The notes under the pieces are model-generated. The model was given only the letters and a program-made list of their open reading frames with translations. It searched no databases and was not told the DNA's origin. Shown in pieces: positions 29,555 to 39,563 of a stretch of DNA of 64,000 nucleotides. The translations under genes and the position numbers were made by a program. Every line of letters begins with the position of its first letter. The stretch's first letter is position 1. The DNA is from an uncultured Planctomycetia bacterium (lineage in GTDB: Bacteria; Omnitrophota; Gorgyraeia; Duberdicusellales; 4484-171). The stretch spans positions 355,900 to 419,899 of the forward strand of contig CAZAYU010000002.1 in the NCBI GenBank assembly GCA_964489445.1, in the 5' to 3' direction.

Positions 29555-30793
29555 ATGAAGATTCTACAATGCCATAAATTTTATTATCCTTCAGGAGGTG
29601 CTGAACGATATTTTATTGATTTATGTGATAGCTTGAGCAGAGAAGGACATAAAGTTATACATTTTTCGACGTTGAATGATAATAATTTGCCTTCTGCTTA
29701 CTCAAGATATTTTGTTGATACTGTGGGGATCAGTGATCACCATAAAAATAACTTTTTTACCAAAATAAAAACTGCATTGAAGTTTATTTATTCTTTTGAT
29801 TCCCGAAGAAAAATAAAGGAGTTGGTTACTGAATTTAATCCAGAAATTGCACATATTCATAATATCTATCATCACCTTTCTTCATCAATCTTGGATGAAT
29901 TATACATTAGAAAGATTCCGGTAGTGATGACAGTCCATGACTATAAGCTTGTTTGTCCTGACTATCTGTTATTTAGGCGTGGTAATATTTGTGAAGAATG
30001 TAAAGGAGATAAATATTTTCGGGCAGTAATAAATAGATGTGTAAAGAACTCTTACCTTGCAAGTAGTGTGGCTTGTTTAGAGATGTATTTTTGCCGGTTA
30101 TTAAAAAAATATACAAGGTCTGTTAATATTTTTATAGCTCCTTCTATTTTTGTGAAGAAAAAATTAATAAAATTTGGATTGCCAGAAGATAAGATTTATT
30201 ATCTTCCGCATCCTATTAATTTGCAAGATGCCAAACCAAATTTTAATGTGGGCAGATACATACTTTATTATGGTCGGCTGGCTCCGGAAAAAGGTATTGA
30301 AAGTTTATTGAAAAGTCAGCGGTTTTTTCCAAATATTCCGATGAAGATAGTTGGTGATGGGCCGCAAAAAAATAAGCTAAGGCAGATTATCAAGAGAGAA
30401 AGATTACACAATGTAGAGTTATTAGGCTATAAATCGGATGATGAATTATTGGATTTAATCAAGAACGCTGCCTTAGTTGTGGTTCCTTCTGTCTGGCCAG
30501 AGGTTAGCGGCTTGGTGATTTATGAGGCATTTGCTCTTGGTAAATGTGTAATTGCCTCAAATATTGGGGGCATTCCCGAGCTCGTAAACGACCGAGTTAA
30601 TGGATTATTATTTTCTCCCGGTAATTATAAACAGCTAGCCGATAAGATTAAATATCTTATCGGTAATCCAGAAAAAATAAAAAACTATGGACTGAATGGA
30701 TTTAATAAGATAAGGCAGTTTAATAGCCAGTTTGAGCATAATCAGCATTTATTAAATATATATAAAATGGCTATCGATGGTAGACATTCTTGA
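29555..30793 (+). CDS. Glycosyltransferase family GT4
   Basis: N-terminal 'MKILQCHKFYYPSGGAERY'. C-terminal 'VPSVWPEVSGLVIYEAFALGKCVIASNIGGIPELV'. Confidence 0.8.
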   Translation: MKILQCHKFYYPSGGAERYFIDLCDSLSREGHKVIHFSTLNDNNLPSAYSRYFVDTVGISDHHKNNFFTKIKTALKFIYSFDSRRKIKELVTEFNPEIAHIHNIYHHLSSSILDELYIRKIPVVMTVHDYKLVCPDYLLFRRGNICEECKGDKYFRAVINRCVKNSYLASSVACLEMYFCRLLKKYTRSVNIFIAPSIFVKKKLIKFGLPEDKIYYLPHPINLQDAKPNFNVGRYILYYGRLAPEKGIESLLKSQRFFPNIPMKIVGDGPQKNKLRQIIKRERLHNVELLGYKSDDELLDLIKNAALVVVPSVWPEVSGLVIYEAFALGKCVIASNIGGIPELVNDRVNGLLFSPGNYKQLADKIKYLIGNPEKIKNYGLNGFNKIRQFNSQFEHNQHLLNIYKMAIDGRHS

Positions 30794-30959
30794 ACAGTAA
30801 TAAGACTTTCTATTCTATGAAATATTTTAAGTGTAGTTTACAAAAAAAGTTTAGATCTTAAAGAGTTTGTAGTATGGTGAATTATTTTTTAAATTGTGTA
30901 GAGAGGTTTGAAAAAATTGGATTTAAAACACAATAGGTAAAAAATTCGGGAGGACAATA

Positions 30960-33002
30960 ATGGTGTATTTCAGGTTAAAGCCATGGAGTGCAAAGTTAGT
31001 AATAACCTTATTATTTCTTGGGTTTTTTATTTCTTGGCCAGCAATGGGATTTGAGGAAGGCGGGAAAGATCCTCTAAAAGAAAAAAAGCTTTATTGGTTT
31101 ATTCCCGATGGAATGAGGGCTGACCCTGATCTATTTAATGTCTTTAAATGGGCAAAAGAAGGAAAATTACCTAACATTAAGAGAATGATGGAAAATGGTT
31201 CTTATGGATATTGTATTCCTGTTTATCCTTCTCACACCCCGGTTAATTTTGCAACTCTTTTGACTGGAACTTATCCTAAGACTCATGGTGTAGCTGATGG
31301 TCCAATGCATGTGGAGGGGCGGCCGCTGGATAGAGTATCGATAGGCGGTTTTAGTTCAGTTGCGAAAAAAGTACCTCCTATTTGGATAAACATGGAAGAA
31401 AACGGGAAAAAAGTTATTTTACTTTCTATTCCTGGTTCAACTCCTCCTGAGCTTGATGAAGGTATTGTTATTAGAGGGCGGTGGGGTGGTTGGGGGGCAG
31501 ATTTCCATGCTTTAAATTTTCAATCAAAGGGTGATTTAACCGAACGAAAAAAACAAGGCCGAGGGTCAAGACTTTTCTTTTTTGGTCCAGAATTAACTCA
31601 GTATGTTGATTCTAAACTAGCTGAAGGATGGGAGAACGTGCCGGAGTCATATAGTTTGCCTTTAGAAGTAGAGATGGAAGGTTGGGGAAAATCAATTTTT
31701 GTTTATATTTATGATAGCACTAATGACAAAAAAGTAAATTATGACCGGATAACATTTTCTCTGGACAAAGAAAATGTTATCGCTGACTTAGCTCAAGGTG
31801 AATGGAGTCGGTGGAATTCAATTAATCTTAAATGGCAAGGACATGATGTTAATTCTGATGTGAAAATTAAAATAATTAAGTTAAAAATAGATGAATTGAA
31901 TGAAAAAGTATTTTTTCGAATAAGATGTTTTTACAATAATTTGAATAAATATATTACAAAGCCAGCTAAAATTTCTGAAGAGTTAGTTAAGAATATTGGC
32001 CCGATGGTTGATTTTGTCGATAATTTTCCTCCCCAGCTTATTTATTACGACGAGGATAAACAAACATTCATTGAAGAAGCTGACATGTCATTTCAATGGC
32101 ATAAACAAGCAACAAAATTTATTTTGGCTAATTATCATCCGGATGTGTATATTCATGATATTTATACTCCTAATCAAATGCTTACCAGCAGGTGGTGGCT
32201 TGGTTACATTGATCCTACAAGTAAGCGCTACAGAAATGTAAGCCGAAAAGAAAGAAAGAAACTTTGGCATGAAGTGTTGGATATGTACAAAAAGATAGAC
32301 GAGATTATCGGTGAAGATTTGAATAATGCTGATGAAGATACGGTAGTTGTTTTAAGTTCTGACCATGGTGCAGTTCCTTTAAATGAGTGGGTGCATCTTA
32401 ATAATTTATTTGCCAAGAAAGGTCTTTTGAAATTTACGATTAATAAAAAAACCGGGGAACCATCAATTGACTGGAAGAATTCCAAGGTTATTTATCTAAA
32501 GATGGATAATATCTATATTAATCCTAATGGGCTTAATGGAGATTGGCAGAGAGCTAGCGGTTCGGAATATCAGGAGTTACGGAATAAAGTGATAAAAATG
32601 CTTTACAATCTCGAAGATAAGAATGGTGATAAACCAGTGGCAGTTGTAGTGCGATGGGAGGATGTAGAAGATTTTTGGGATCTTCCCCCTGATCGGGTTG
32701 GGGATTTAATTATTGCCAATGAAGCTGGATTTGGTTGGAATGAAGAAATGACTGCGGATATGAATGTCTTCAGCTGTCCCTTGAAGACCGGCTACAAACA
32801 AGCAATATTACCTGGAGAGACAAAAGGAATGTGGACACCTTTTATTATTATGGGGCCTGGAGTAAAGAAAAATTATGAATTAAAAAGACCTATTAAAATG
32901 GTAGATCAATACCCTACAATCATGGATTTAATGGGAATGAAGATACCCGATTTTGTTGAAGGAAAAAAATTGGAAGAGATATACGAGAAAAATATCAAGT
33001 AA
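30960..33002 (+). CDS. Exported alkaline-phosphatase-superfamily type I phosphodiesterase / nucleotide pyrophosphatase-like enzyme
   Basis: Signal/TM N-terminus. 'FIPDGMRAD' plus 'PVYPSHTPVNFATLLTGTYPKTHGV' correspond to the ENPP/PhnA-like 'DG.R.D' and 'PT.T.PN..T..TG..P..HG' blocks. A Thr nucleophile sits in 'SHTPVN'. Confidence 0.65.
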   Translation: MVYFRLKPWSAKLVITLLFLGFFISWPAMGFEEGGKDPLKEKKLYWFIPDGMRADPDLFNVFKWAKEGKLPNIKRMMENGSYGYCIPVYPSHTPVNFATLLTGTYPKTHGVADGPMHVEGRPLDRVSIGGFSSVAKKVPPIWINMEENGKKVILLSIPGSTPPELDEGIVIRGRWGGWGADFHALNFQSKGDLTERKKQGRGSRLFFFGPELTQYVDSKLAEGWENVPESYSLPLEVEMEGWGKSIFVYIYDSTNDKKVNYDRITFSLDKENVIADLAQGEWSRWNSINLKWQGHDVNSDVKIKIIKLKIDELNEKVFFRIRCFYNNLNKYITKPAKISEELVKNIGPMVDFVDNFPPQLIYYDEDKQTFIEEADMSFQWHKQATKFILANYHPDVYIHDIYTPNQMLTSRWWLGYIDPTSKRYRNVSRKERKKLWHEVLDMYKKIDEIIGEDLNNADEDTVVVLSSDHGAVPLNEWVHLNNLFAKKGLLKFTINKKTGEPSIDWKNSKVIYLKMDNIYINPNGLNGDWQRASGSEYQELRNKVIKMLYNLEDKNGDKPVAVVVRWEDVEDFWDLPPDRVGDLIIANEAGFGWNEEMTADMNVFSCPLKTGYKQAILPGETKGMWTPFIIMGPGVKKNYELKRPIKMVDQYPTIMDLMGMKIPDFVEGKKLEEIYEKNIK

Positions 33003-33102
33003 AGTTAATGTAAGAATAGTAGGATACTGTTGGCATAGGAAACAGAAGAAATTTCAATTATTTTTGTTTTAATAAGTGTATTAGATTAAAACGCAATGAA
33101 AT

Positions 33103-33753
33103 ATGAAAACCTGGATAGTAGTTTTAATAATATTAAGTCTTTCTTTAATCAAGATTCCTCAGGCTTTTGCCAGAGATGATTGGGAGTGTTGGCCGACTGC
33201 AAATATAAAAAAAAATATCAATGAAAAGGTTAGTTTAAAAGCTTCTTTTGCAGGGAGGTTTAAGGATGATATGGCTAAGTTTTATTATGGAGGGGCGCAG
33301 CTTGGCGTAGAGTTTAAGGTAAATAAATATTTTTCAGTTGCCCCTAGCTATCTTTTTACAAAATATAAAAATAGCGGATATTTCGAGGATGAATATCGGT
33401 ATATATTAGATGCAGTTTTTAGCTGTAAGGTGAAGAGGTTGAAAGTGGATTACCGTTCAAGAGTTGAGTACCGAGATTTGTCTGCCCTTGACTGCTGGAG
33501 GTATCGATCTCGTTTTAAGGCAGGCTTACCAGTTAAAGTCTATGAGTATTCGTTAATGCCGTATATTTCTGAGGAGGTTTTTTTTAATGAGAGAAAAAAT
33601 GAATTTGACCAGAATCGGTTTTCTTTAGGTGTAATGGTAAAGATCACTGAAGTAACTAGTGTTGATATTTATTATATTTTGCGCAGTGATAAAAAGGGAG
33701 AAGATTGGTCGGAAAGAAATGTTTTGGGTATTTCGCTAAACTTTAGTTTCTAG
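33103..33753 (+). CDS. Outer-membrane beta-barrel protein (small porin-like)
   Basis: Signal peptide 'MKTWIVVLIILSLSLIKIPQAFA'. Alternating amphipathic strands. A C-terminal '...ISLNFSF' ending in Phe is the beta-barrel OMP signature. Confidence 0.6.
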   Translation: MKTWIVVLIILSLSLIKIPQAFARDDWECWPTANIKKNINEKVSLKASFAGRFKDDMAKFYYGGAQLGVEFKVNKYFSVAPSYLFTKYKNSGYFEDEYRYILDAVFSCKVKRLKVDYRSRVEYRDLSALDCWRYRSRFKAGLPVKVYEYSLMPYISEEVFFNERKNEFDQNRFSLGVMVKITEVTSVDIYYILRSDKKGEDWSERNVLGISLNFSF

Positions 33754-33817
33754 TAGTTTATTTTCTTAGTAAGCCTGCTAGAAACGCTTTTTTTCTATTA
33801 GGATAATTGGATTCTAT

Positions 33818-34588
33818 ATGTTTAAAAAAAGTTTTAAAGGGTTGTTTATTATCCTGATAGTTTTAGTTCTTTGGCAGCTTGGTTCGCATTTTAAGTTTAT
33901 TAATTCTTTTATTATGCCGGCACCTTCAGAAATAATAAAATCATTTTTTTCAATGTTATTAAAAGGGCCACTACTAATTGATATATATTCAAGCATAAAA
34001 CGTGTTTTTGTTGGATTTGGGTGCGCTTTTCCAGTTGCTGTTTTACTGGGGATGGTATTGGGATGGAATAAACAACTGGCACAATATTTTTTGCCGACCA
34101 TAGAATTTATTCGTCCTATTCCGCCTATAGCATGGATACCCTTGGCAATTCTTTGGTTTGGGGTGAGTGATGTTTCAAGCTACTTTATTACTGCTTTAGC
34201 TTCTTTTTTCCCGATATTTATTAATTCATTTGTTGGGGCGGAAAGTGTAGAAAAGGTTCATATTAATGCCGCTTTAAGTTTGGGGGCTTCCAAAAAGCTT
34301 ATTATTACTGACATTATTTTTCCATCAGCTTTACCGTCTATACTTGCTGGGATGAGGATAGGCTTAGGTGTAGCATGGATGAGTGTTATTGCTGCTGAAC
34401 TTATTGCTGCCCAATCAGGATTAGGATATATGATTCAGCTACACCGGATGTTGCTCAATACACCAAAGGTCATCGCTGGAATGGTAGCAATTGGAATTAT
34501 TGGTTTTCTTATGAATTTATTTATACTTTATTTAGAGAGTAAACTTACTCCATGGATGAATTTTAAATATAGATGTTGCCAAAAATAG
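33818..34588 (+). CDS. ABC transporter permease, NitT/TauT family (SsuC/TauC/NrtB-like)
   Basis: Six TM helices. EAA-loop-like 'ALSLGASKKLIITDIIFPSALPSILAGMRIGLGVAWMSVIAAE'. Confidence 0.8.
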   Translation: MFKKSFKGLFIILIVLVLWQLGSHFKFINSFIMPAPSEIIKSFFSMLLKGPLLIDIYSSIKRVFVGFGCAFPVAVLLGMVLGWNKQLAQYFLPTIEFIRPIPPIAWIPLAILWFGVSDVSSYFITALASFFPIFINSFVGAESVEKVHINAALSLGASKKLIITDIIFPSALPSILAGMRIGLGVAWMSVIAAELIAAQSGLGYMIQLHRMLLNTPKVIAGMVAIGIIGFLMNLFILYLESKLTPWMNFKYRCCQK

Positions 34589-35415
34589 AAGTCGACAAAC
34601 TTTCTAAGAAATTTAGCCTTGCTAAGGATGGAACTAGCATCCAAGTATTGAAGGAATTTTCTTTTTTTCTCAACGTTAATGAAATCCTTGGAATTATTGG
34701 ACCTAGCGGTTGTGGCAAAACGACTCTTCTTTATATAATTGCCGGATTCATCCCGTATGATAGTGGACGGGCTTTTTATGATGGAGAATTGATTACCGAG
34801 CCAAATGTTAAGCGAACAGTAGTATTTCAGGAGTACGGATTATTTCCCTGGATGACCGTAGAAAGAAATATTGAATTTAGCCTTAAGGCTAAGGGAATTT
34901 CTAGAAATGAGCGAAGAGAAATTACTCATAATTTTATTGAGCTTGTTCATTTGAAAGGGTTTGAAAACAAATATCCTTATCAGCTTTCGGGCGGAATGAA
35001 ACAGCGAGTAGGAATTGCTCGGGCGTTAATACCAGACCCAGAGGTAATTTTAATGGATGAGCCTTTTGCTTCATTGGACTCTTTGACTCGGGAAATAATG
35101 CAAGAAGAAATTCTAAGAATCTGGAGAAGAAAAAACAAGGCATTACTTTTTATAACTCACAATATTGAAGAGGCTATTTTTCTAAGCGACAGGGTAGTTA
35201 TAATGAGTGCCCGACCCGGGAAGGTAAAAGAGATCGTGCCTATAGATTTGGGAAAACCTCGACATTCGGAAATAAAAAGAAAAAGTATACGTTTTTTAAA
35301 ATTGAAAGAGTATATTTCTCAAAGCTTGCGAGAGGAAACATTAAAAGGGATAGACCAGATGGGCATAAGACTAAGTAATGTGTTAGGAGATATAAGGATA
35401 GAAAAAAAAGGGTGA
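34573..35415 (+). CDS. ABC transporter ATP-binding protein, NitT/TauT family (SsuB/TauB-like)
   Basis: Walker A 'GPSGCGKTT'. Signature 'LSGGMKQRVGIARAL'. Walker B 'ILMDEPFASLD'. Confidence 0.9.
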   Translation: MLPKIEVDKLSKKFSLAKDGTSIQVLKEFSFFLNVNEILGIIGPSGCGKTTLLYIIAGFIPYDSGRAFYDGELITEPNVKRTVVFQEYGLFPWMTVERNIEFSLKAKGISRNERREITHNFIELVHLKGFENKYPYQLSGGMKQRVGIARALIPDPEVILMDEPFASLDSLTREIMQEEILRIWRRKNKALLFITHNIEEAIFLSDRVVIMSARPGKVKEIVPIDLGKPRHSEIKRKSIRFLKLKEYISQSLREETLKGIDQMGIRLSNVLGDIRIEKKG

Positions 35416-35418
35416 GAA

Positions 35419-36456
35419 GTGAAAATAATAATTAGAGGGGCAATGATTAGAATATTAATTTTGGCAGCATTTCAGTTTTCTTGCTTTGCAGCTGGATTAA
35501 ATGAAATAAATAAAGTGCCTATTCGTATTGCTTATCCTACAGCTACATTGGCCAATGGCCAGGTTGGCCAGGTACTTTTAAAGACTAATATTTTGGAGAA
35601 AAACGATTTAGAGGCTCAAATCACTGGTTTCCAATATGGGGCGCCGATGATGGAAGCCTTAATATCTGGTAAGGTGGACGTAGCTTTCACTTCTGAAGTG
35701 CCGGCCTGTTTACCCTTGTCTAAAGGGTACAAAGCAACAATTATTGCTACTTTTGGCCATTTAGGACGGGGAGCAATTATGGTTACAGAAGATTCTCCGA
35801 TAAAACAAATCAGCGATTTAAAAGGTAAAAAAATAGGGGTTCCTTTTGGTTCTTCTCCGCATAGAAATCTTTTAGGGATGCTCAGGAGCGCTGGCTTAAA
35901 GCCAGGTGATGATGTTCAGGTATTAAATATTGGTAGAGATGAAGTAGCCTTAGGATTGATAAAGGGTGGGGTAGACGCTATAATGATTTGGGATCCGGCG
36001 GTAGAGCAATATAGACAAAAGAATTATTTTAAGATTATAAAGGCAGAACCTTTTTATTCAGTGGTTATTATGAATGATGAATTTATTAAAAAATATCCTC
36101 AGGGTGTAATCGATTTTATTCGGTCGCTTAAAGAGGCAGTATTTTTTTGGGTCAGTTATAAAGATAAAGTGAATAAATGGTTTAGTGAAATTTCACGGTT
36201 AAACCTTGAAATTGTTAAGGTATGTTCAGAGGCTAATTCAAACTACCGTAATGCAAAAGCGATAAGCGATATTGATATCGCATTAAATAGTGATTTTTTA
36301 GATATGATGAAAAAAAGCGCTGAATTTACTGCCAATCAAAAGGTAGTTCCTGTATTCAATATTTTAAGGGCTGTAAGTTCGCAGTTGCAGGAAGAATCGG
36401 CGAAGAAGATAGATGATAACGCTTATGTTATTTCGGAAGTTATTATAGATGAATAA
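35419..36456 (+). CDS. Periplasmic substrate-binding protein, NMT1/SsuA/TauA-like
   Basis: Signal peptide. Size and position after the permease and ATPase. 'DVAFTSEVP' and 'IMIWDP' blocks resemble SsuA-type binding proteins. Confidence 0.6.
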   Translation: MKIIIRGAMIRILILAAFQFSCFAAGLNEINKVPIRIAYPTATLANGQVGQVLLKTNILEKNDLEAQITGFQYGAPMMEALISGKVDVAFTSEVPACLPLSKGYKATIIATFGHLGRGAIMVTEDSPIKQISDLKGKKIGVPFGSSPHRNLLGMLRSAGLKPGDDVQVLNIGRDEVALGLIKGGVDAIMIWDPAVEQYRQKNYFKIIKAEPFYSVVIMNDEFIKKYPQGVIDFIRSLKEAVFFWVSYKDKVNKWFSEISRLNLEIVKVCSEANSNYRNAKAISDIDIALNSDFLDMMKKSAEFTANQKVVPVFNILRAVSSQLQEESAKKIDDNAYVISEVIIDE

Positions 36457-36623
36457 TCTTTTAATTATATTCGCTAAGAAGATTCTGAATAAAAAAATAT
36501 TAGTCAGTTAATTTTATTTTGAGCTTTGTTTGGTTAATAGCTAATCTCTTTAAATAATAAGCTATCACGCATTGATTGTTAGCTGGTTAAAAAATAATTA
36601 TTTTGTTGCAAGGATAGAGTGTT

Positions 36624-38066
36624 ATGTGTAACGTAAAAGGGTTTCCAGATAGTTCTGAAACTTACAAGCGTCTTTTAAATATTTCGAAGAATTGTCAACC
36701 CAAAAATAAGTATAATTTTAAAGTAGGGATTATTGTTCCTCCTTCACCTTTTGTTGTCCCTGTGGGTTGGGAATTTGTCCACGTTGCTCCTTTTGAAGGA
36801 CCTTCGATAATTGCTAGTCTTTTAAAAGGGCTCGGTTTTGATGTGGTTGTAATAGATCAACGGGATAATTTTAATCCCCATGTTTTATCTAACGGGCGAT
36901 TGAAGAATCTGGATTTAATTGGAGTAGCGACTTATTCCGATAGTTTTCCATACATCAGAAAAGTTATTCAGATCGCTAAAGAAGAAAGCTTAGAGAGGCC
37001 AGTAATTATCGGTGGACCGCTGGTAACTTCTGTTCCTAAGTTAATAATGGAAAATACGTTGGCTGATTATGCGGTAATTGGTGAGGGAGAATTAACTTTG
37101 ATAGAATTAATGGATTTTTTATTAAAACAAAAAGAAGCTTTTTCAGCAAAAGAGATAAGGGGCCTTGCTTGGAAGAATGTGCTGGGAAAGACAGTGCTTA
37201 ACCCAAGAAGGGCGCAGATGCATAATCTTGATGCTGTGCCTTTGCAAGATTTGTCTGTATGGCCCGGAGTACAAGAAACTAATATGACATCTGAGATATA
37301 TATGACATCAAGCCGAGGTTGTTCGGGAAATTGTAGTTTTTGTTTTAGATCGATGCCGCTTTTACGTTATAAATCTCCGGAAAGGGTGCATCGGGAACTC
37401 AAGCATTTAAAAAAATATAAATATCGTTTTGTTTGGTGGAGCGATCTTACCTTTATAGAGACTAAAGAAAGAGTTCATAAGCTTATGGATGAGGCCTTTT
37501 CTGGAATAGATTTTCGTTGGAGTTGTTTTACTCGGGTTGATGGTTTAGATTTATCGGTTCTCCAACATATGAAAAAAAAAGGTTGTGATATTGTTATGTA
37601 TGGATTTGAATCAATCACTGGTAAAATTTTGAATTGTTTCAAAAAGCGGGTTTCAAAATATCAAATTACAGAAGCTATAGAACTTACTCGTCAAGCAGGA
37701 TTAAAAGTGGGAGGTCTTTTTATTGTTGGTGGACCTGGGGAAACTAAAGAAAGTTTAAAAAGAATGATAGAGTTTTGTAAAGAATTTAAAGAGGTTACCA
37801 GAGTAAAATATCTTTCTGCTTTGCCAGGCACAGCGCTTTATCATGATGCTGTTAAAAAAGGCATCATTAAAGATGAGTTGGAGCATTTGCATTTTTTAGC
37901 TATGGAACATTCGGTAGAAGAAGATGAATTCGTAAATTTTTCTGATGTTTCTGAAAAAGAGCTTCGAAGAGCCTACCAGGAGATTAATTATCAGATAAAG
38001 GTACGACCATATGAATACTGGAATCCGGATAACCGATATCTGGAAAAAATAAAGAAATTTAAATAG
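36624..38066 (+). CDS. Cobalamin-binding (class B) radical SAM enzyme, paralog 4
   Basis: 'SSRGCSGNCSFCFRS' (CX3CX2C). N-terminal 'VGIIVPPSPF...' B12-binding-like domain. Confidence 0.8.
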   Translation: MCNVKGFPDSSETYKRLLNISKNCQPKNKYNFKVGIIVPPSPFVVPVGWEFVHVAPFEGPSIIASLLKGLGFDVVVIDQRDNFNPHVLSNGRLKNLDLIGVATYSDSFPYIRKVIQIAKEESLERPVIIGGPLVTSVPKLIMENTLADYAVIGEGELTLIELMDFLLKQKEAFSAKEIRGLAWKNVLGKTVLNPRRAQMHNLDAVPLQDLSVWPGVQETNMTSEIYMTSSRGCSGNCSFCFRSMPLLRYKSPERVHRELKHLKKYKYRFVWWSDLTFIETKERVHKLMDEAFSGIDFRWSCFTRVDGLDLSVLQHMKKKGCDIVMYGFESITGKILNCFKKRVSKYQITEAIELTRQAGLKVGGLFIVGGPGETKESLKRMIEFCKEFKEVTRVKYLSALPGTALYHDAVKKGIIKDELEHLHFLAMEHSVEEDEFVNFSDVSEKELRRAYQEINYQIKVRPYEYWNPDNRYLEKIKKFK

Positions 38067-38078
38067 GACCGGATATTA

Positions 38079-39563
38079 TTGTGTCGACATAGGCTGAGAA
38101 CCAAATATCAAACAATGAAGAATGAAATTTCAGAGCTATTTAAGTGCAACTATGTATATTCTGATGAAAAGGACGCCCAGGAAGAAATTTTAAGGAAAAT
38201 TTCTTATTCAAAAAAAGTTGTTTCTAAGCCTGAAAAAGTAGCCCTTATAATTCCTCCTTCTTCTCAAATTCCGACCCCAGGCAGAGAATTTTTAGTAACT
38301 GGTTCTTTTGAAGGATTTACCTGTGTTGCCACGCTAATAAAAAAAATGGGGCATCAATTGCAGGTTATTGATTGTCGTTTAAAAAAGAATGTAAAGGATT
38401 TTGTTATTAGGAATATTAAGGATGCATCTATTATTGGAATAGCAACATATATGGATTCTTTTAATTTTCTCCAAAGAATAACAGCCTTAATAAAAGAGAA
38501 ATATTCTGATAAATTAATTTTTTTAGGTGGTTCGCTAGTTTCATCTTTACCAGAAATTATGCTTTCGCAGGTCAATGCTGATTGTGCAATTTTAGGCGAG
38601 GCAGAACTTACTTTGATAGAATTTTTCCATAAATATTTTGGAAAAGAATGCTTTGAATATAAAAATATAAAAGGGATGGCCTATAAAAACAATGGAAAAA
38701 TAAAAATTAATTTACCTAGGCCTCAAATTAAAAATCTTGATAATCTTCCTTTGCTTGACTATTCTATTTGGCCTAATCATAAAAGCATAATTGATAAAGG
38801 GCAGATACTAATTTCTTCTATGAGAGGATGTCCTATGGAATGTTCTTTTTGTTTTAAGACAATTCCTGCTCTTCGAATGAAGAGTCTTGAGCGTTTTGAG
38901 CAAGAGATAGTTCATCTTAAAGAAGCAACTAAATTCAATTACACTTGGCTTAATGATCTTACTTTTAATATTGATGAAGAAAGGGCTATATGCATTGGTG
39001 AAATAATGCAAAAATATAGTGTCAAGTATCATTGTTTTGCCAGAGTTACTAAGTTTAGTAAAGCTTTAGCAAAGAAGTTAAGGAAAACAGGATGTTTGGG
39101 AGTTTGGTTTGGCATGGAGTCGTACAATCAAGATGTTTTAGATTATAATGGTAAAAATGTATCTATAGATGATATAAATAGGGTTGTCAGGATTTGTGAT
39201 GATATTGGATTAGCTGCGCGTGGACTTTTTATTGTGGGCCTATATGGTGAGACAGAAGACTCATTAAAGGAAATGCTTACTTTTATTAAGCAAAAAACTT
39301 TTTTACCGCTAGTAAAATATTTGGTTCCATTTCCCGGAACAGCACTTTACAAATATGCTCTTCAAAGTAAAAAAATAACGGATATAGTTAGTTTCTTGAG
39401 GATGCTTTCTAGAAGAAAGATAAGAGATCATGATGACAAGATTATTAATCTTACGGGATTGCAAGATGAGGTTCTTAGGTATTATTTTCGTCAAATATGG
39501 GATATAACGAATAAGAGAGAAAAGTTTTTTGCGGAAACAGAGAAAAAGGAATGCCATGAGTGA
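38079..39563 (+). CDS. Cobalamin-binding (class B) radical SAM enzyme, paralog 5 (in tandem with paralog 4)
   Basis: 'SMRGCPMECSFCFKT' (CX3CX2C). N-terminal 'VALIIPPSSQIPTPG' parallels paralog 4. Confidence 0.8.
   Translation: MCRHRLRTKYQTMKNEISELFKCNYVYSDEKDAQEEILRKISYSKKVVSKPEKVALIIPPSSQIPTPGREFLVTGSFEGFTCVATLIKKMGHQLQVIDCRLKKNVKDFVIRNIKDASIIGIATYMDSFNFLQRITALIKEKYSDKLIFLGGSLVSSLPEIMLSQVNADCAILGEAELTLIEFFHKYFGKECFEYKNIKGMAYKNNGKIKINLPRPQIKNLDNLPLLDYSIWPNHKSIIDKGQILISSMRGCPMECSFCFKTIPALRMKSLERFEQEIVHLKEATKFNYTWLNDLTFNIDEERAICIGEIMQKYSVKYHCFARVTKFSKALAKKLRKTGCLGVWFGMESYNQDVLDYNGKNVSIDDINRVVRICDDIGLAARGLFIVGLYGETEDSLKEMLTFIKQKTFLPLVKYLVPFPGTALYKYALQSKKITDIVSFLRMLSRRKIRDHDDKIINLTGLQDEVLRYYFRQIWDITNKREKFFAETEKKECHE

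Noticed and set aside
36457-36623. A possible inverted repeat ('ttaatagctaatc ... gattgttagctggttaa') after the ABC transporter as a terminator.
   Set aside because: The two arms are only partially complementary, and no T-tract follows.
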